From positions 1 through 40,565 of IMG/VR virus record IMGVR_UViG_3300030330_000807: DNA of 40,565 nucleotides; one strand, given 5' to 3'. Shown here piece by piece: positions 37,708 through 40,565 of this stretch (positions are counted from its first letter, which is position 1; each line of letters begins with the position of its first letter). Below the pieces are notes generated by a model. The model was not told where the DNA came from and searched no databases. It saw only the letters and a program-made list of their open reading frames with translations. This DNA comes from a virus (lineage: Duplodnaviria; Caudoviricetes). The position numbers and the translations under genes are program-made.

Positions 37708-38352
37708 CTAAGCTACACCCTCAGTTGATAACAATTCAATTTGCTCTTTCAGAGCAAGTAGTAATTCCTTTGTAGGAATTGAGTTCTTCTCAGCTTGGAC
37801 TAGCATTTCAAATGCTAGGTCACTTGCTGAAAGCAAGGACTTAGTTTCAAACTTACCAAAGTTTTCTACTTTGGTGTCTGCTTGTCCAATGTTGGACACT
37901 TTAGATGATACATCATCTACCTTAGCAGTTTCTTTAGAAACTGTCTTAGGGTTATCAGCCTTAGCTGATTCCTTGTCAATTTCTTCTTTGCTAGGCAAAG
38001 TGTCCTTGTAATGCTTTCTCATTGCATTCTGCAATGATGGGATAGATGTACCACTAAACTTCGTCTTCTTAACGAAGTCAGCTACAGTTTGACTATTGTC
38101 AATCAGCCATTCAGCTTCAGACGTTCTACGTCTGTCAATAGCGTCAATCTTGTACTTCTTCCTTATCTTATTGGATAAGGTAGAAACACCCTCAACTTCT
38201 TTAATCTGTTTGATTAAAGTGCCAAGTCTGAAGTCAAAGCCTTCAGTAATGCTTTTCTTAAAAGCAGTAGTCTGCTTCTTAAAAGCAGTAGTCAGAGCCT
38301 GACCTTCATTCTGAAGGGTAGTGGTTTGTGATTTGTTGTTTTGTTGTGTCAT
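37708..38352 (-). CDS. First early gene product, hypothetical K/E-rich protein
   Basis: Likely start MTQQ at 38352 after GGAGAG; contains palindrome copy 3 in frame and a TTAFKK duplication. Confidence 0.65.
   Translation of the reverse strand: MTQQNNKSQTTTLQNEGQALTTAFKKQTTAFKKSITEGFDFRLGTLIKQIKEVEGVSTLSNKIRKKYKIDAIDRRRTSEAEWLIDNSQTVADFVKKTKFSGTSIPSLQNAMRKHYKDTLPSKEEIDKESAKADNPKTVSKETAKVDDVSSKVSNIGQADTKVENFGKFETKSLLSASDLAFEMLVQAEKNSIPTKELLLALKEQIELLSTEGVA
37883..37898. promoter_or_regulatory. 16-bp palindrome, copy 3 (intragenic)
   Basis: TGTCCAATGTTGGACA within the codons for VSNIGQ. Confidence 0.7.
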
Positions 38353-38358
38353 TCTAAT

Positions 38359-38416
38359 CTCTCCATCTTTTTTAACACTTTTCATATACATTCAAAGTGC
38401 TTAAAAAAGTGGAGAG
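38359..38416 (-). repeat. Long hairpin, family member 1, covering the RBS of the first early gene
   Basis: CTCTCCA/TGGAGAG, CTTTTTTAA/TTAAAAAAG and CACTTT/AAAGTG with two single-base bulges; loop TCATATACATTC. Confidence 0.8.
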
Positions 38417-38435
38417 TTAAGAGGTCTGTTTTGAG

Positions 38436-38450
38436 TGTCCAATGTTGGAC
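38436..38450. promoter_or_regulatory. Palindrome, copy 4 (15 of 16 bases)
   Basis: TGTCCAATGTTGGAC(T), upstream of the whole early arm. Confidence 0.7.
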
Positions 38451-38569
38451 TGTTTTGTACTCCTCCCATTCAACACTCTCAACTCTAGCAAATCAGCGAC
38501 TTTCCCTCATGCTTGTGTAGGCAACTCGCAGGACCTGGAGGTAATGCACGTCAGGTATCCACATAAGCA

Positions 38570-38602
38570 GGGGGTAGGCATGGGCAGGTGGGGGGGTGTG
38601 GG
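38570..38602 (+). other. G-rich tract / G-quadruplex motif at the arm-divergence point (possible genome terminus)
   Basis: G5-N7-G3-N5-G7-N3-G3 in an otherwise AT-rich genome. Confidence 0.55.
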
Positions 38603-38737
38603 TACGTATGCATGTATAAATACACAGATTAGGTATTTTCAATGTAAACCACAGAAACAACTCAAAAGAAATGATACAAAAGGGTAAATTAGTTGCATAA
38701 ATGTCACACATAAATACCTATTTTATATTTATAGGGG

Positions 38738-38765
38738 TTGACAACCGGCATAAAAAGAGTATAAT
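38738..38765 (+). promoter_or_regulatory. Consensus sigma70 promoter
   Basis: TTGACA-N16-TATAAT with an AT-rich upstream element. Confidence 0.8.
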
Positions 38766-38931
38766 ATACATATAACAGTTAAATGTTACACTTTAAAAAT
38801 AAAATATAGTTAAATGTAACATATTATATGTATTTTAATTAAAGGTAATATATACGTATGTTACCTATTTGTACTTTTTGTACTTGACTTCTATGAAAAA
38901 ATCTGTAAAACTAACATATAAGGACAATATT

Positions 38932-39102
38932 ATGTCCTTAATGTATAAATCTTTGCGTACTTATGGGGATTTACGTGCTGTTCACGTACCTCACTCCTCT
39001 GTACATTATATTAGAGCCTTGATTGAAAGAGACACAGGTGTGCGTTATACGCTTTCGCATGTAGAAAATGCAATGAAAGCAGAAGGAATGTTAGATAAAT
39101 GA
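38932..39102 (+). CDS. Hypothetical protein
   Basis: AAGGA before ATG 38932; HVPHS.V.YIR..IE..TG..Y.L.HVE.AM..EG. Confidence 0.6.
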   Translation: MSLMYKSLRTYGDLRAVHVPHSSVHYIRALIERDTGVRYTLSHVENAMKAEGMLDK

Positions 39103-39371
39103 TAGAAAAAAGTGGAGAGAAGTTTTCTGGCTACAATAAGCCGAAACGAACTCCTAAACATCCTAAAAAATCCCATGCAGTGTTGGCAAAACAAGGAGAC
39201 AAAGTACGTTTAATTCGATTCGGACAGCAAGGTGTCAGGGGTGCAGGTAAAAACCCTAAGACAGCTAAAGATAAGGCACGTAAGAAGTCTTATTATGCTC
39301 GTCATAACGCACAAGATGCCAATCCTAGTAAATTAAGTGCTAGATATTGGTCTCATAAAGTAAAATGGTAA
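39099..39371 (+). CDS. Basic phage protein
   Basis: YNKPKRTP.HPKKSHAVLAK.G.KV.LIRFGQQG...RKKSYYARH...SARYWS.KVKW. Confidence 0.75.
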   Translation: MIEKSGEKFSGYNKPKRTPKHPKKSHAVLAKQGDKVRLIRFGQQGVRGAGKNPKTAKDKARKKSYYARHNAQDANPSKLSARYWSHKVKW

Positions 39372-39383
39372 AAGGAAAAAAGC

Positions 39384-39824
39384 ATGGTAGCAGGAAAAGT
39401 AATTAGGGGAATGACTAAATCTCAATTTATGAAAAAGATGAGGTCAAAACTAAAGAGTCAGCCTAGTAAAAAACAGACTCCTAAAAAAAGTGACAAAAGA
39501 ATAGAAGGCAGTGGAGCACATTCAGCTAGACCTCCGGGTTCAATAGGAAAAACAAAAACTGCTGATAGACCTAGAGGTGGCACTACAGGACCAAGTATGT
39601 CACAGGCTCAAAGAGCAAGAGGTAGACAAGTTGCAACAACAGCTAAAGGTGAACCTAAGACAGTAAAAGCAAAATATGATGCACTAACAAAAACAGTACA
39701 CAATGCTGTCAGAGGGTTTCTTATGGTAGGAAAAAGGGCTGATGCTAAAAGAGCACTAAGAGCATCAGGTGTAGATATTTCGTTAGACCAATACGAAAGA
39801 ATAAAGAAAAAAAGGAGCAGATAA
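39384..39824 (+). CDS. Highly basic hypothetical protein
   Basis: 146 aa, K/R-rich, low complexity; RBS AAGGA. Confidence 0.65.
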   Translation: MVAGKVIRGMTKSQFMKKMRSKLKSQPSKKQTPKKSDKRIEGSGAHSARPPGSIGKTKTADRPRGGTTGPSMSQAQRARGRQVATTAKGEPKTVKAKYDALTKTVHNAVRGFLMVGKRADAKRALRASGVDISLDQYERIKKKRSR

Positions 39825-40222
39825 TGGCTGAGAAAAAGAAAAGATTAAAACTTACTGCTGACATGTTAGACAAACCTATATTTGATACCCTAACAATGAA
39901 GCAAAAAGAAAGAGTATTAGCGTTAGCATATAAAAAAGACCCTTCAATATTTATGGATGAGGGTGGAGATGTGAAACCTAAAAAGAAGAAAAAACCTAAA
40001 GATGCAATCGGTATAATGGTTGCAGTTGGCAAAGTTAAAGGTAAACCTAAAATGTCATATGGTGGCTCTATAGGAAGTAAAAAATATAACTATGCTGCAG
40101 GAGGTTCAGTTAAAAATAATTTAAAACCTGTACCACAAGGTAATAAAGGTAAAGGTTTATCGAAGCTACCTACTCAAGTCCGTAATAAAATGGGCTTTAT
40201 GAGAAAAGGTGGCATGGTTTAA
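39824..40222 (+). CDS. Basic protein with four [MY]xxGGx[VI]-type motifs
   Basis: MDEGGDV, MSYGGSI, YAAGGSV and MRKGGMV (C-terminus); RBS AAGGAG. Confidence 0.7.
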   Translation: MAEKKKRLKLTADMLDKPIFDTLTMKQKERVLALAYKKDPSIFMDEGGDVKPKKKKKPKDAIGIMVAVGKVKGKPKMSYGGSIGSKKYNYAAGGSVKNNLKPVPQGNKGKGLSKLPTQVRNKMGFMRKGGMV

Positions 40223-40243
40223 TAGTATAGAGGAGAACTTAAT

Positions 40244-40423
40244 ATGCCAAGACATTATATGAAAAAGAAAAAAGGCATGGCAGCAGGTGGTGCTATGATG
40301 AAAAAGAAAAAAGGTATGGCTCGTGGTGGTGCTATGAAAAAGAAAAAAGGAATGGCACGAGGTGGAGCAATGATGAAGAAGAAAAAATCATACGCTAGAG
40401 GTGGAGCTGCAAGACGTAGATAA
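40244..40423 (+). CDS. Protamine-like tandem-repeat protein (59 aa, not in ORF track)
   Basis: Own translation MPRHYMKKKKGMAAGGAMMKKKKGMARGGAMKKKKGMARGGAMMKKKKSYARGGAARRR; RBS GAGGAG; synonymous differences between repeat units. Confidence 0.85.
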   Translation: MPRHYMKKKKGMAAGGAMMKKKKGMARGGAMKKKKGMARGGAMMKKKKSYARGGAARRR

Positions 40424-40565
40424 TGCCGTATCTCATAAGTAACGTACCCCATTTTCATTGTTGGGTACGGAAAGAGTTTACGTCAAACCATTCGCAGTAT
40501 CACGGAGAGTTTTTACATGCGATGGTATTTGCAGTTAATACTATACCTGACAGGTCACTTAGCTT
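40423..40565 (+). CDS. Hypothetical protein, partial (runs off the window)
   Basis: TAATG coupling; MPYLISNVPHFHCWVRKEFTSNHSQYHGEFLHAMVFAVNTIPDRSLS stays open to the window end. Confidence 0.7.
   Translation, partial: MPYLISNVPHFHCWVRKEFTSNHSQYHGEFLHAMVFAVNTIPDRSLS

Noticed and set aside
35065-37720. C-terminal VA endings of two early proteins as ClpXP degrons
   Set aside because: Only two cases, and one overlaps the next gene's RBS, so they cannot be distinguished from chance.
35694-38416. Long hairpins as integron attC sites or intrinsic terminators
   Set aside because: No consistent RYYYAAC...GTTRRRY ends and no intact integrase; stems are AT-rich and lack U-tracts on the transcribed strand.
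35400-38451. Repeats as a CRISPR or mini-CRISPR array
   Set aside because: Copies are 0.5-1.5 kb apart with genes between them; there are no regular 30-40-bp spacers and no cas operon.
38442-38711. ORFs 38442-38687 (+) and 38493-38711 (-)
   Set aside because: No RBS, atypical composition, and they overlap the palindrome and G-tract of a probably non-coding terminal region.
1-40565. tRNA genes, phage RNA polymerase, terminase, portal, major capsid protein or stop-codon recoding
   Set aside because: None recognised by eye; genes tile densely under the standard code. Head and packaging genes probably lie outside the window.

Overview
This AT-rich window is a large part of a tailed dsDNA phage genome, most likely a marine podovirus of the HMO-2011 type (alphaproteobacterial host inferred). 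The diagnostic feature is a family A DNA polymerase carrying an inserted DnaJ-type CxxCxGxG zinc finger. There are three blocks. (1) 1-19098 (+): tail-fibre and chaperone cluster, adaptor and nozzle-like tail proteins, an S74 tail fibre, a small membrane protein and large internal virion proteins. (2) 19099-38352 (-): early and replication arm with many small early genes, a Gp88-like protein, HNH nuclease, C5 DNA methyltransferase, SleB-like hydrolase, DenV-like glycosylase, a truncated integrase-like ORF, primase, helicase, EndoVII, PolA, SSB, PD-(D/E)XK nuclease, endonuclease I, DUF3310, class II RNR and MazG. (3) 38932-40565 (+): a cluster of very basic small proteins behind a consensus sigma70 promoter. 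The arms diverge at about 38.45-38.75 kb, a G-rich patch that is the likely genome-end junction. Terminase, portal and capsid genes were not recognised and probably lie outside the window. The most unusual signals are: a 16-bp palindrome repeated four times in the early region; three long hairpins with a shared apex; a 27-bp direct repeat flanking one early gene; a candidate sRNA partly complementary to that repeat; a protamine-like KKKKGMARGGA repeat protein whose [MY]xxGG motif recurs in other proteins; an apparently dead mini-integrase; and GATC-free segments. All family assignments are from motif recognition by eye; no database search was run.
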